A DNA stretch of 32,000 nt from Halomicrobium mukohataei DSM 12286 (GCF_000023965.1 NC_013202.1:2280001-2312000), one strand, 5' to 3'; positions 1 to 8,726 are shown, counted from the stretch's first letter. A program made the numbers and translations. The notes: generated by a model from the sequence alone, not told the origin.

Positions 1-1
1 A

Positions 2-1567
2 CACCTCTTTGCCAAGGCAAAAAAGCAGAAACAGCCGTTCCTCATGCTCGTCGAGGAGTGCCACGAGTGGATTCCCGAGAAGGGATCGGTCAACGAGGTC
101 GGGCAGATGCTCATCAAGATCGGCAAGCGCGGGCGCAAGCACGGCCTCGGAATGGTGGGCATCTCCCAACGGCCGGCCGACGTGAAGAAAGACTACATCA
201 CGCAGTGTGACTGGCTGGTCTGGCACCGGCTGACCTGGAACAACGACACCAAAGTCGTCGGTCGGATCATCGACTCGGAGTACGCCGACGCCGTCGAGGA
301 CCTGGACGACGGCGAGGCGTTCCTGATGACCGACTGGGCCGAGACCATCCGCCGGGTCCAGTTCCACCGCAAGCAGACCTTCGACGCGGGCGCGACGCCG
401 GGACTGGACGACTTCGAACGCCCCGAGCTGAAGTCCGTCAGCGACGACCTCGTCGGCGAGCTGGAGACCATCAGCGAGGAGAAAGAACAGACCCAGGGTC
501 GGATCTCGGATCTCCGGGAGGAACTGGACAAGAAGAACTCCCGGATCGCGGAGCTGGAGAAGGAACTCCAGGACGCCCGCGACATGACCCGCATGGCCGA
601 GCAGTTCACCGAGGCACTGCTGGACCACGTCGAGGGGTACAACCCCGGCCGCACGCAGAAGGAGAAAGAGCGGACCCGACAGGCGCAGCTCCGGGGCGCT
701 CTCGACGACGGTGACGAGGCCGACGACGAATCGAGCGTGGCCGAATCGACCGACGACCGGTCCGCGGGATCGGACGGCCCGGACGGGGAGCCGTCCGACG
801 GAGCCGAGCCCGCATCGACCGCGGACGAACCAGCGGACGCCGCTGACGAATCCGACGGCCGCTCGGACGGGCCCGCGGACACGCCGGACGACGGCTCTGT
901 GACTCCGGACACGGACGAGCCTGCCCCCGACGGGACCTCTGGCGGCGGGTTCGGCGACGCCTTCGGCTCGTTCGCCGACGGTGGCCCGGCCATCTCCGGC
1001 GGCGAGCCGGCGGGCGACACTGACGAGACGGCAGCTGGCGAGGGGGCGACCGACGACGCTGGCGAGGGGGCGACCGACGACGCTGGCGACGAACCAGACG
1101 GTCTCGACCTCGACTTCGAACCGGCGGCCTCGGGGAACGCCGACGGCGGTGCCGAAGTCGCGTTCGCGGACGCGACAGCCGACGGAGACGAGTCCGGCGA
1201 CGCGGACGACCAGCGAGAGTCCACAGCCGACGAGAGGCCCCACTCACAGCCGCGGTTCGTGGTCGACCTGCGAACCGAACTCGAAGAGATGGACGAGAAG
1301 ACCAGGCGGATGCTGCAGTACTACGTCGAGCAGGCCGCGGATACGCCGTTGAACGCGCACTTCTCTGCCGGCGGGAGCGGCGACCGGACGAGCGCCTACG
1401 CGCACAACCGCGAGCTTCGGCTCGCCGGGTTCGTCGAACACGTCGGCCGCGGGCGGTACGCGCCGCGGCTGAAAGCGCTCGTCCGAGAGCGCGCTCCCGG
1501 CGAGCCGTCGGCGACCGCGGTCGTCGACGCCGTCACGGAGCTTCGAAGCACGATCGGATCGGCGTAA
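2..1567 (+). CDS. HerA/DUF87-type P-loop ATPase, C-terminal portion. The gene starts upstream of the window. It carries a coiled coil, a long acidic low-complexity linker and a small C-terminal globular (possibly wHTH) domain.
   Basis: The frame is open from nt 2 (HLFAKAKKQKQPF precedes the first Met), so ORF 44..1567 is cut by the window edge. FLMLVEECHEW is a Walker-B-like strand followed by His. GKRGRKHGLGMVGISQRPADV...ITQCDWLVWHRL matches the GRK-G...sQRP...sQC...rL signature of HerA/DUF87 ATPases. ELETISEEKEQ...ELEKELQDARD is coiled-coil-like. A run of roughly 190 aa rich in D/E/G/A/S/T follows. Confidence 0.75.
   Translation, partial: HLFAKAKKQKQPFLMLVEECHEWIPEKGSVNEVGQMLIKIGKRGRKHGLGMVGISQRPADVKKDYITQCDWLVWHRLTWNNDTKVVGRIIDSEYADAVEDLDDGEAFLMTDWAETIRRVQFHRKQTFDAGATPGLDDFERPELKSVSDDLVGELETISEEKEQTQGRISDLREELDKKNSRIAELEKELQDARDMTRMAEQFTEALLDHVEGYNPGRTQKEKERTRQAQLRGALDDGDEADDESSVAESTDDRSAGSDGPDGEPSDGAEPASTADEPADAADESDGRSDGPADTPDDGSVTPDTDEPAPDGTSGGGFGDAFGSFADGGPAISGGEPAGDTDETAAGEGATDDAGEGATDDAGDEPDGLDLDFEPAASGNADGGAEVAFADATADGDESGDADDQRESTADERPHSQPRFVVDLRTELEEMDEKTRRMLQYYVEQAADTPLNAHFSAGGSGDRTSAYAHNRELRLAGFVEHVGRGRYAPRLKALVRERAPGEPSATAVVDAVTELRSTIGSA
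1034..1090 (+). repeat. In-frame 24-bp tandem repeat (about 2.4 copies) inside the acidic linker of the ATPase gene
   Basis: gctggcgagggggcgaccgacgac occurs at 1034-1057 and identically at 1058-1081, followed by the partial copy gctggcgac. It encodes AGEGATDD AGEGATDD AGD. Confidence 0.9.
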
Positions 1568-1593
1568 TCGCTCGCCTCCTCGCGGTGACGGCG

Positions 1594-2241
1594 CTACTCC
1601 AGCGGTGCGACCAGGTCTTCCAGCGCGGCCCGCGGATCGTCGGCCTTGGCGACGCCGCTCGCGAGCAGGACGCCGCTCGCACCGAGTTCGCCGGCCGACA
1701 CCACGTCTTCGCCGGTCGAGATGCCAGCGCCACAGAGCACGTCGACGCTCTCGTCGACCGACGCCGCGGCCGAGACCGCGTCCGTGACGATCTCCGGGTC
1801 GGCCTTGCTGACCGGCGTCCCGGTCCCGATCAGGGCGGGCGGCTCGACGGCGACGGCGTCCGGTCCCAGCGCCGCCGCGGCGGCGATCTGTTCTGGGTTG
1901 TTGGCACAGACGATCGTCTCCAGGTCCGCGCGGTCGGCGGCGTCCAGCGAGCCGTCGATGTCGGCCAGCTTCAGTCGGTTCTCGGAGTGGTTCAACAGCG
2001 TCCCGGTCGCACCGGCGTCGACCGCGGCCTCCGCGAGCGTGGAGCCGGTGTGGCTGCCGTGCTCGACGGGACTGACGTGCTGGGCCCACGTCTCGACACC
2101 GGTCTCGGCGACGGCGTCGAGGTGGGCCGCCTGAGGCGCGACGGCGACGCGAACGCCGGTCTCGTCGCTCACGTCGGCGGCGGCGGTCGCGACTTCGATC
2201 GGATCACACGGGTACGCTTTGAGGTTCACCAGAACGAACAT
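1594..2241 (-). CDS. tpiA: Triosephosphate isomerase (archaeal type)
   Basis: Within ORF 1594..2340 the recognisable sequence begins at the internal Met [11 protein letters not shown] (ATG at 2241). Motifs [21 protein letters not shown] and [12 protein letters not shown] are typical of archaeal TIM. The 33 upstream codons are Arg/Ser-rich and unlike the rest of the protein. Confidence 0.9.
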   Translation of the reverse strand: MFVLVNLKAYPCDPIEVATAAADVSDETGVRVAVAPQAAHLDAVAETGVETWAQHVSPVEHGSHTGSTLAEAAVDAGATGTLLNHSENRLKLADIDGSLDAADRADLETIVCANNPEQIAAAAALGPDAVAVEPPALIGTGTPVSKADPEIVTDAVSAAASVDESVDVLCGAGISTGEDVVSAGELGASGVLLASGVAKADDPRAALEDLVAPLE

Positions 2242-2350
2242 ACAGAGCCCACCGGACGCCGGGATCATATGCGTTGCGTGACGCCCTCGGCTCGCGCTCG
2301 CCGGTCCCAGTATCGTTAATACGAACAAGCGGGTACCCACTGCTACGAGC

Positions 2351-2911
2351 GTGAGTGATCTGGTGCCAGACGAACCGACGGTGTTGGTCGTGGAAGACGA
2401 GCCCCAGCTGGCGGATCTCTACGCGGAGTACATCGACGACTCGTACACGGTCCTGACGGCCTACAGCGGCGAGGCGGCGATCGAAACGCTTCACGAGGCC
2501 ATCGACGTGGTGTTGCTCGACCGCCGGATGCCGGTCTGCTCGGGAAACGAGGTGCTCGCCGCCATTGAGGACCATCCACTGGACTGTCGGGTCGCGATGG
2601 TGACTGCCGTCGACCCCGACTTCGACATCATCGAGCTCGGCGTCGACGACTACCTCGTCAAGCCCGTCAGCCAGGACGAGATCCGGGAGGTCGTCGATCG
2701 ACTGTTCAAGATCTCGGAGTACAACGATCAGCTCACGGAGCTCACCGGAAAGAAGCTCAAGCGCAACGTCCTCCAGGTCGAGAAGCCACCGCGCGAACTC
2801 GAAGCCAGCGACCGGTTCCAGCAGCTCGAAGCCGAGATCAGAGAACTCGAAGCGACGGTCGAGACGATCGCAGACGACCTCGACGTCGAGGAGCGCGACC
2901 TCCGACTCTAG
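2351..2911 (+). CDS. Response regulator with receiver domain and C-terminal HalX coiled-coil domain
   Basis: GTG start. VLVVEDEP...VVLLDRRMP...AMVTAVDP...DDYLVKP carries the receiver Asp pocket and the conserved Lys. The C-terminal [10 protein letters not shown]...[16 protein letters not shown] resembles the haloarchaeal HalX domain. Confidence 0.85.
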   Translation: MSDLVPDEPTVLVVEDEPQLADLYAEYIDDSYTVLTAYSGEAAIETLHEAIDVVLLDRRMPVCSGNEVLAAIEDHPLDCRVAMVTAVDPDFDIIELGVDDYLVKPVSQDEIREVVDRLFKISEYNDQLTELTGKKLKRNVLQVEKPPRELEASDRFQQLEAEIRELEATVETIADDLDVEERDLRL

Positions 2912-3429
2912 TCCTTCCGCTTGACCACGTCGCCCAGCGTGTACTCGCCACTCGACGAGCCGCCGCTCCACTCCTCGTCGGCGTCGGTACTGCCGGCACT
3001 CAGCGAGATGTCGAGCTCGCGTTCGAGCGTCGTCTGGACGTCGTCGCTGGGGAGCGTGTCGCCGTGTTCGAGCTTGCGGATCAGACTCGCCTTCAGGTTG
3101 AGCTCGCCGGCCAGCTCCTCCTGGGTGAGGCCGCGTTCCTCGCGCGCCTCGCGGATCCGCTGGTCGTAGTCCTGTGCCAGCTCGTCCATCTCGTCGAACA
3201 TGTCGTGTCGGGGACGGCTACTGGAGCTGCTGGAACTGCCGGAGCTGCTCCCGGAGCTGCCAGACGAAGAACTGCTCGTCGAGTACTTCGTCGAGGTCGA
3301 GGAGCTGTCCTCCGTCGTGACCTCGGTCCCGAAGTCGGTACATTCGTCGCAGACGTCGAGCTCGGCACCCTCGATCTTCACTCGATTCGGTGAAGCGACG
3401 TCCTTCCCGCACATCTCACACTGAACCAT
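2908..3429 (-). CDS. mbf1: Archaeal multiprotein bridging factor 1 (zinc ribbon plus XRE-type HTH)
   Basis: The likely start is the internal Met MVQCEMCGK (ATG at 3429). CEMCG...CDEC forms a zinc ribbon. RIREAREERGLTQEELAGELNLKASLIRKLEHG is a cro/C1-type HTH. A TATA-like box lies about 29 nt upstream. Confidence 0.85.
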   Translation of the reverse strand: MVQCEMCGKDVASPNRVKIEGAELDVCDECTDFGTEVTTEDSSSTSTKYSTSSSSSGSSGSSSGSSSSSSSRPRHDMFDEMDELAQDYDQRIREAREERGLTQEELAGELNLKASLIRKLEHGDTLPSDDVQTTLERELDISLSAGSTDADEEWSGGSSSGEYTLGDVVKRKD

Positions 3430-3454
3430 ACGCACGGCTTCGATGTGGCGAGGC

Positions 3455-3461
3455 ATAAATG
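3455..3461 (-). promoter_or_regulatory. TATA-like box for mbf1
   Basis: The minus strand reads atttatg, centred about 29 nt upstream of the ATG at 3429. This fits a leaderless haloarchaeal transcript. Confidence 0.35.
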
Positions 3462-3535
3462 GTGTGGCACCGGGCCACGGCTCCCCGTGCCCGCCAGTCC
3501 CGAGCGACTGTCCCCGTCGAGACGGACCGTCCGTA

Positions 3536-4144
3536 TCAGTCCAGCGCCCGCATCGCGTAGTAGAACCGCTGGAGCGCCGTCAGGTGGCCCACGACCGCGA
3601 AGACGACCAGCAGCCAGCCGACGACGGTGAGCCCCTGGACGGGCCGAGTGAGGACGGCCGCGACCGCGCCCGCGACGCCGATCAGCGCCAGCCGGTCCGC
3701 GCGACCGAGCAGGCCGCCGTACACCCGGTCGAGGTCGACTGCCTGTGCCTGTGTGCCGAGGTAGGAGGTCATCAGGACGCCGGTGACGGCCGCGAGTCCG
3801 AGGTCGTACCGACCGATTCCGGCCGCGAGGCCGACCAGCATGACGATGTCGGCGTACCGGTCGAGCACGTGATCCAGCAGATCACCGCCGGAGGAGGCGA
3901 CCGACAGCTCTCTGGCCAGCGCGCCGTCGACGAGGTCGAGCCAGCCGTTGGCGAACACCAGCACGGCACCGACGGCGTACAGTCGGGGTCGAGTCCCCGC
4001 CAGGAAGAACGCACCGCCGGCCGCGGCCGCGAGGGCGAACGCGACGACGCTGACGCCGTTGGGGCTCACGCCCAGCCGTTTTGCGACCGTCACGAAGGGG
4101 CCAAGCGCCCGGTCGGCCAGCGGGCGGAACTGATCCAGCGTCAT
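3536..4144 (-). CDS. CDP-alcohol phosphatidyltransferase family protein (archaeal polar-lipid head-group synthase)
   Basis: DLVDGALARELSVASSGGDLLDHVLDRYAD matches D-G-x2-A-R-x8-G-x3-D-x3-D. The protein is multi-TM and hydrophobic. The ATG at 4144 forms an ATGA overlap with the stop of the upstream kinase gene; the alternative GTG at 4150 is less likely. Confidence 0.85.
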   Translation of the reverse strand: MTLDQFRPLADRALGPFVTVAKRLGVSPNGVSVVAFALAAAAGGAFFLAGTRPRLYAVGAVLVFANGWLDLVDGALARELSVASSGGDLLDHVLDRYADIVMLVGLAAGIGRYDLGLAAVTGVLMTSYLGTQAQAVDLDRVYGGLLGRADRLALIGVAGAVAAVLTRPVQGLTVVGWLLVVFAVVGHLTALQRFYYAMRALD

Positions 4145-4647
4145 AGCCACTCGACGAACGAGACGGTGCCGGCGCTCGGCTCTCGCTCACCGTCGACGAC
4201 GGCCTCGATCTCTTCGGCGACCGACGCCCTCGATCGGTCCGTCGTGTCGATCTCGTAGACGGAGTCGGTGCCGTGAGATTCGACGGCTTCGGTGAGGATC
4301 ACGTCGAGCGCCTCGCTCTCCGCGTTCTCGGCGATCGAGGCGTCGCTCTCGTCTCGGTCGGCGAGGCGCTCTTCGATCGTCTCCGGATGGGCCCGCAACA
4401 CGATCACGCGATCCGCGTCGAAGTGGTGCGCGAGGTGAGACTCGATCAGTACGTCGTCGCGGCCGTCGAGCCACGACTCGATCGCTTCGAAGTCGGCCAC
4501 GACGCTGTCGCGGTCCTCGTCGACGCCGTCGTCCAGCCCCTCGCGCTTGATGGCGTCGTTGAGGTGGATCACGTCGAGCTCCGTCGCCAGCCGCTCGGTC
4601 GCCGTCGTCTTCCCGGTGCCCGGCGTCCCGGTGACCGCGACGCGCAT
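4141..4647 (-). CDS. Putative adenylate kinase of the AK6/Fap7 type
   Basis: The true start is at MRVAVTGTPGTGKTT (P-loop). It gives a 168-aa acidic protein. The start ATG overlaps the hisC stop (TGATG). The 78 upstream codons of ORF 4141..4881 are Arg-rich shadow sequence. Confidence 0.85.
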   Translation of the reverse strand: MRVAVTGTPGTGKTTATERLATELDVIHLNDAIKREGLDDGVDEDRDSVVADFEAIESWLDGRDDVLIESHLAHHFDADRVIVLRAHPETIEERLADRDESDASIAENAESEALDVILTEAVESHGTDSVYEIDTTDRSRASVAEEIEAVVDGEREPSAGTVSFVEWL

Positions 4648-5717
4648 CAGTCGAGCACCCCGTTGACGACCTCGACGGCCGTCTTCGTGTCCTCGCGCGT
4701 GCCACAGGTGATCCGAACGCACTCGGGCAGGCCGAAGCTGCCACAGTCCCGGACGATGACGCCGTCGCGCTGGGCCGCGTCGGCGACGGCCTCGGCGTCG
4801 CCCACCTCCGCGAGCACGAAGTTCCCCCCGCTCTCCCAGGTCGGTGCGTCGAGGTGCTCGTGGTAGTACTCGCGGGCCCACTGGGCGGTCTCGACGGTCT
4901 TCTCGACGTGTTCGTCGTCGTCAAGTGCGGCCAGTCCGGCCCGACAGGCCAGTTCGCTGGCCGCAAACGGCGTGTTGATGCGCGCGTAGGCGTCGGCCCA
5001 CTCCTCCGGGACGAAGCCGTAGCCGAGACGAACACCGGCGAGTCCGTACGCCTTCGAGAAGGTCCGCAGGATGGCCACGTCGTCGCGCTCGTCGACGAGT
5101 GCGCGCGCGCTGGTCGCGTCGGTGAACTCGCCGTAGGCCTCGTCGACGAGGACGAGCGTCTCCTCGTCGGTCCGGTCTGCGATCTCGGCCACGTCGTCGT
5201 TTCCGATCTCCGTCCCGGTCGGATTGTGGGGGCTGGTGAGATAGACGATCCGCTCGCCGTCGTAGGCCTCGAGGACCGTCTCGGCCGTCTGCTCGAAGTC
5301 GTCGGCCTTCGAGAGGGTGTACTCCCGGATCGTGCCGTGGTGGAACCGCGCGCTCATCGGGTAGTAGGCAAACCCCGGCGCGGGGACGAGGACCGCGTCG
5401 CCGGGCTCCAGCATCGCGCGGGCGAAGTAGTCGAGGACGCCGTCGCCGCCGTTGCCCAGCCAGACCTGTTCCGGGGCGAGCCCCCAGCGGTCGGCGAGGC
5501 GATCGACGAGGTCCGCGTGGGAGGCTTTCGGGTACGAGTGCATCTGTTCGGCCGACGACTGGATCGCTTCGACGGCGGCCGGGCTCGGACCGTACATGTT
5601 CTCGTTCGACGCGAGCTTCACGAGGTCGTCCGGGTCCAGGTCGAGTTCCCGGGCGACCTCTTCGATCCCTCGTCCGGCACGGTAGACGCCGTGGGCCGAG
5701 AGGTCCCGTGGTTGCAT
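4647..5717 (-). CDS. hisC: Histidinol-phosphate aminotransferase
   Basis: The start is at MQPRDLSAHG (ATG at 5717). Motifs LASNENMYGPSP, SPHNPTG and TFSKAYGLAGVRLGY (PLP-binding Lys) are characteristic of class II aminotransferase HisC. Confidence 0.9.
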   Translation of the reverse strand: MQPRDLSAHGVYRAGRGIEEVARELDLDPDDLVKLASNENMYGPSPAAVEAIQSSAEQMHSYPKASHADLVDRLADRWGLAPEQVWLGNGGDGVLDYFARAMLEPGDAVLVPAPGFAYYPMSARFHHGTIREYTLSKADDFEQTAETVLEAYDGERIVYLTSPHNPTGTEIGNDDVAEIADRTDEETLVLVDEAYGEFTDATSARALVDERDDVAILRTFSKAYGLAGVRLGYGFVPEEWADAYARINTPFAASELACRAGLAALDDDEHVEKTVETAQWAREYYHEHLDAPTWESGGNFVLAEVGDAEAVADAAQRDGVIVRDCGSFGLPECVRITCGTREDTKTAVEVVNGVLD

Positions 5718-5835
5718 GGTCGATGCAAGCGGACGGGAGGGCTTAAGCGTGCTCACTGTGGGCGGTGTGGCGCGATTACAGCAGTTGATAGCGCGGGGGA
5801 AAACAATATGATACGGGCACCGCTCCTGTGAATCG

Positions 5836-6522
5836 ATGCCGTTACTCATCGACGTTCGGAAGCTGTCGATCATCAACCAGCTGATAAAGAGCGGGGCCGA
5901 GAACGTGACGGCCTCGCTGGAGACGCTGGCCGGCGTCGAAGCGACCGTCGAGATCAAGAGCCTCTCGTTCGTCGAACCGTCCGACATCCCCGCCGAGATG
6001 GGTGACGGCGAGATTTACGGGGCCCGCGTCAGGCTCACCGAGCCGCCCTACGGCGTCTTTCTGATGACCTTCTCTCCGGCGACGGCGGCCGAGGTCGCCA
6101 GCCTGCTCACGAACACGTCGACGGAAGACGGCTTCAACCAGCTCCACGAGAGCGCGCTGTCGGAGATGTGTAACGTCCTCACGTCGGGCTTTATCGACGG
6201 CATCGCGAACACGCTGGAGACGACGATCGACTTCGCCACGCCACAGCTGGAGCGCGATCAGGCGACGGCGATCGCCGACGACGCGCTGACCCACGTCAGG
6301 CGCGACTCGATGTCGATCGTACTGGACTCGATCGTCGACATCGCCGACTCCGACGTGGCGTTCAAGCTTCGGATCTTCCTCGTTCCGGATCCGGGCTCGT
6401 TCGTCCACGTGATCGATCAGCTGGAACTCGACCGGTCGACGAGCGAGCCGACGCGGTCGAAGGCCCACGAGGTCGAAGAGCTCGACATGACGGCCGAGGA
6501 CCCGGTCGACTTCGGCGAGTAA
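5836..6522 (+). CDS. CheC-like protein (CheC/CheX/FliY phosphatase family)
   Basis: SALSEMCNVLTSGFIDGIANTLETTIDFATP fits the CheC motif [D/S]-x3-E-x2-N-x22-P exactly. The N-terminal pseudo-repeat (IKSGAENVTASLETLAG) is only partially conserved. Confidence 0.6.
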   Translation: MPLLIDVRKLSIINQLIKSGAENVTASLETLAGVEATVEIKSLSFVEPSDIPAEMGDGEIYGARVRLTEPPYGVFLMTFSPATAAEVASLLTNTSTEDGFNQLHESALSEMCNVLTSGFIDGIANTLETTIDFATPQLERDQATAIADDALTHVRRDSMSIVLDSIVDIADSDVAFKLRIFLVPDPGSFVHVIDQLELDRSTSEPTRSKAHEVEELDMTAEDPVDFGE

Positions 6523-6562
6523 TCCCCACTGTTTGATTACGGTCGAGTCCCGACGGCAATCC

Positions 6563-7012
6563 ATGAGCGAGCTACTGGCTGGTATCTACGCCGTCCACAT
6601 GACGTTCGCCGCTCTGTGGACGGGGAGTGTCGTGTTCGTCGCAATCGCCGTCCTGCCGACCGCGATGGACGGCGAGGGATCGCCCGCGCCGCTGTCGACG
6701 ATGATCGGGAAACTGAAGCTCATCTCGCGGACCAGCGCCCTCTTGCTCTTCCTCACGGGCGGGCACCTCGCGGCGACTCAGTACGGAGCCAGCGGGCTCA
6801 CTGGGACGTTCCGTGGCTACCTCGTCGTCGCCATGCTGGTCCTCTGGTTCGTGCTGGCCGGCCTCGTCGAGGTCGGGTCGAGCAAGCTCACGGACGGATT
6901 CGACCAGCAGAAGCTCAGAGAGCCGGCGCGCAACGCCCGACCGTTCTTCCTGGGGGCGACGGTCGTCGCCGTCCTCCTGTTGCTCGACGCGGGCATCATC
7001 CTCGGGATCTGA
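6563..7012 (+). CDS. Small integral membrane protein (4 predicted TM helices), function unknown
   Basis: The ATG at 6563 (MSELLAGIYAVHMTFAALWTGSVVFV) is preferred over the TTG at 6533. There are four hydrophobic stretches. The stop abuts the stop of the convergent GMC gene. Confidence 0.6.
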   Translation: MSELLAGIYAVHMTFAALWTGSVVFVAIAVLPTAMDGEGSPAPLSTMIGKLKLISRTSALLLFLTGGHLAATQYGASGLTGTFRGYLVVAMLVLWFVLAGLVEVGSSKLTDGFDQQKLREPARNARPFFLGATVVAVLLLLDAGIILGI

Positions 7013-8647
7013 TCACAGCCGTTCGTCGAGTTCGTCGCCACACCGAAGCGCCAGCGCCGCGATCGTCAGCGTCGGGTTCATCGAGCCCGCAGTCGGGAAC
7101 ACGCTCGACGACGCGATCCAGCAGTTGTCCAGGTCGTGGGTCCGGAGGTCGGGATCGACGACGCTCGCTGCCGGGTCGGTCCCCATCCGCGTCGTCCCCA
7201 TGTGGTGGGCGGCGGGACCGGTCGAGTCCGGCCCCGCAGTCCAGCCGATGTCGACGCCGAGCTCCGAGAGGACGGCGTGTTGGATGCGGTTCGCCCGCTC
7301 GATCGTTCGGAGCACGCGCTCACCCCACGACCAGTGGATCTCCGGGACCGGATTGCCGTGGTCGTCGGTCGTCGACGGGTCGAGCGTGATCCGGTTCTCG
7401 GCCCGCGGGGGCTGGCCGACGAGCCCCCCCATCGCGACGTGGTTCCCGTAGCCCGCCCGGAGGTCGTCGAGCAGGTCGTCACCCCACGTCTCGGCGTCTA
7501 GCGCCATCTCGACGGGCGACGGGCCGGCGTAGTTGAGAAACTCCAGTTTGATCGGCGACAGCGGGCCGTCGGCGGCCGGCACCACCGTCTCGCCGTCTCT
7601 GGTGACCGCCTGTCCGGGCTCGTCGTAGAACTGGTGGCTCTCGCTGGTGAGGAAACCGACGTGGTTCTGGCGGGTCGGCTCGTCGATCGTCCCGCCGGCC
7701 CCGGCAAAGAGGTGCTCCATGAAGTACCGGCCGACCGCGCCCGAACTGTTCGCCAGCCCGTCGGGATGGTCGGGCGAGCGAGACAGCAAGAGGAGCCGCG
7801 GAATCTCGATCCCGCCGGCCGCCAGCACGAACTGGCGAGCCCGCTGGCGGTGTTCGGTCCCGTCCGGCGTCGCGTACACCGCGGCGTCGATCCGACGGGA
7901 ATCGTCACCGGTCTCCAGTCGCTGGACCGGCGCGCGGTCGACGACTCGGGCACCCGCGCGCTCGGCCTTCTGGACGTGAGTGTCGGCGCTGTACTTCGCG
8001 CCGGAGGGACAGACCGGCTGACAGGTACCGTAGCCGACGCAGGTCGATCTGTCGTCGTAGGGCTCGCTGTTGCGGGCGTTGGGCACGCTGTGGGTCGTGA
8101 TACCGAGCCGCTCGCAGGCGGGTGCAAACAGCGAGTCGCTGTACGACGGCTCGAACGCCGACATGGGGAATGGCGTTCGCCGTGGCGGTCCGAAGGGGTT
8201 GTCAGACGCCCCCGCGACGCCCAGCGCCGACTCCGCCTCGGCGTAGTAGGGTCGGAGTTCCTCGTAGCCGATCGGCCAGCCCGGATCGTCGTTCGGGTGC
8301 TCACCGGCGAAGTCTGTCGGATGGAGCCGCGGGACCATCCCCTGCCAGTGAAGCGTCGATCCGCCGACACCCTTGACGCGGTTGGCGTTCAGCGGGTAGA
8401 ACTGCTCGCCGCCCGTCGAGTACTCGTCGCGCTCGCCGCCCATCCCCCAGATCGACAGGTCGTCGTGGGCCGGCCGGATCGACCGCTCCATCTGCTCGGG
8501 CCGCGCGTCGAAGTCGAACCGCGGCCCCGCCTCCAGTACGACCACGTCGTGGCCGGCGCTGGCGAGCCGATGGGCCACGAGCGCGCCGGCCGGCCCCGCA
8601 CCGACGACGCACACGTCCTGTCTGGGTGACGGCGTGCGCGACTGCAC
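7013..8647 (-). CDS. GMC-family FAD-dependent oxidoreductase
   Basis: The N-terminal VCVVGAGPAGALVAHRLASAGHDVVVLEAG is a FAD-binding GxGxxG fold. The C-terminal AAHHMGTTRMG...VVDPDLRTHDLDNCWIASSSVFPT is the typical GMC C-terminal/active-site region. Confidence 0.85.
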   Translation of the reverse strand: MQSRTPSPRQDVCVVGAGPAGALVAHRLASAGHDVVVLEAGPRFDFDARPEQMERSIRPAHDDLSIWGMGGERDEYSTGGEQFYPLNANRVKGVGGSTLHWQGMVPRLHPTDFAGEHPNDDPGWPIGYEELRPYYAEAESALGVAGASDNPFGPPRRTPFPMSAFEPSYSDSLFAPACERLGITTHSVPNARNSEPYDDRSTCVGYGTCQPVCPSGAKYSADTHVQKAERAGARVVDRAPVQRLETGDDSRRIDAAVYATPDGTEHRQRARQFVLAAGGIEIPRLLLLSRSPDHPDGLANSSGAVGRYFMEHLFAGAGGTIDEPTRQNHVGFLTSESHQFYDEPGQAVTRDGETVVPAADGPLSPIKLEFLNYAGPSPVEMALDAETWGDDLLDDLRAGYGNHVAMGGLVGQPPRAENRITLDPSTTDDHGNPVPEIHWSWGERVLRTIERANRIQHAVLSELGVDIGWTAGPDSTGPAAHHMGTTRMGTDPAASVVDPDLRTHDLDNCWIASSSVFPTAGSMNPTLTIAALALRCGDELDERL

Positions 8648-8726
8648 GCGCGAGAATTAGGCAATCCTAAACTTATGGGTTGTCATCCGGCCCGCACTTC
8701 GAGAGTCGGGCCCGAGACCATGGTAT

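Noticed and set aside
193-2089. Long antisense or alternative-frame ORFs over the ATPase and tpiA genes (193..1224 -, 606..1247 -, 1244..2089 -, 1585..2319 +)
   Set aside because: Their products are Arg/Pro/Ser/Gly-rich and basic, with no recognisable motifs. They are typical shadow ORFs of a high-GC genome. The opposite or other frame encodes clearly recognisable acidic proteins.
2242-2340. N-terminal extensions offered by the ORF track for tpiA, hisC (to 5987), thrC (to 19151), the kinase (to 4881), the NUDIX gene (to 21843) and others
   Set aside because: The extensions are basic or Ser-rich, lack homology to the respective families and would overlap neighbouring genes or promoters. Internal starts coincide with family N-termini and with TATA-like boxes at about -25 to -30.
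4187-5035. 282-aa ORF on the minus strand and a 325-aa ORF (4854..5831 +) overlapping hisC and the kinase gene
   Set aside because: Arg-rich low-complexity translations that overlap a well-supported hisC frame carrying its PLP-Lys motif.
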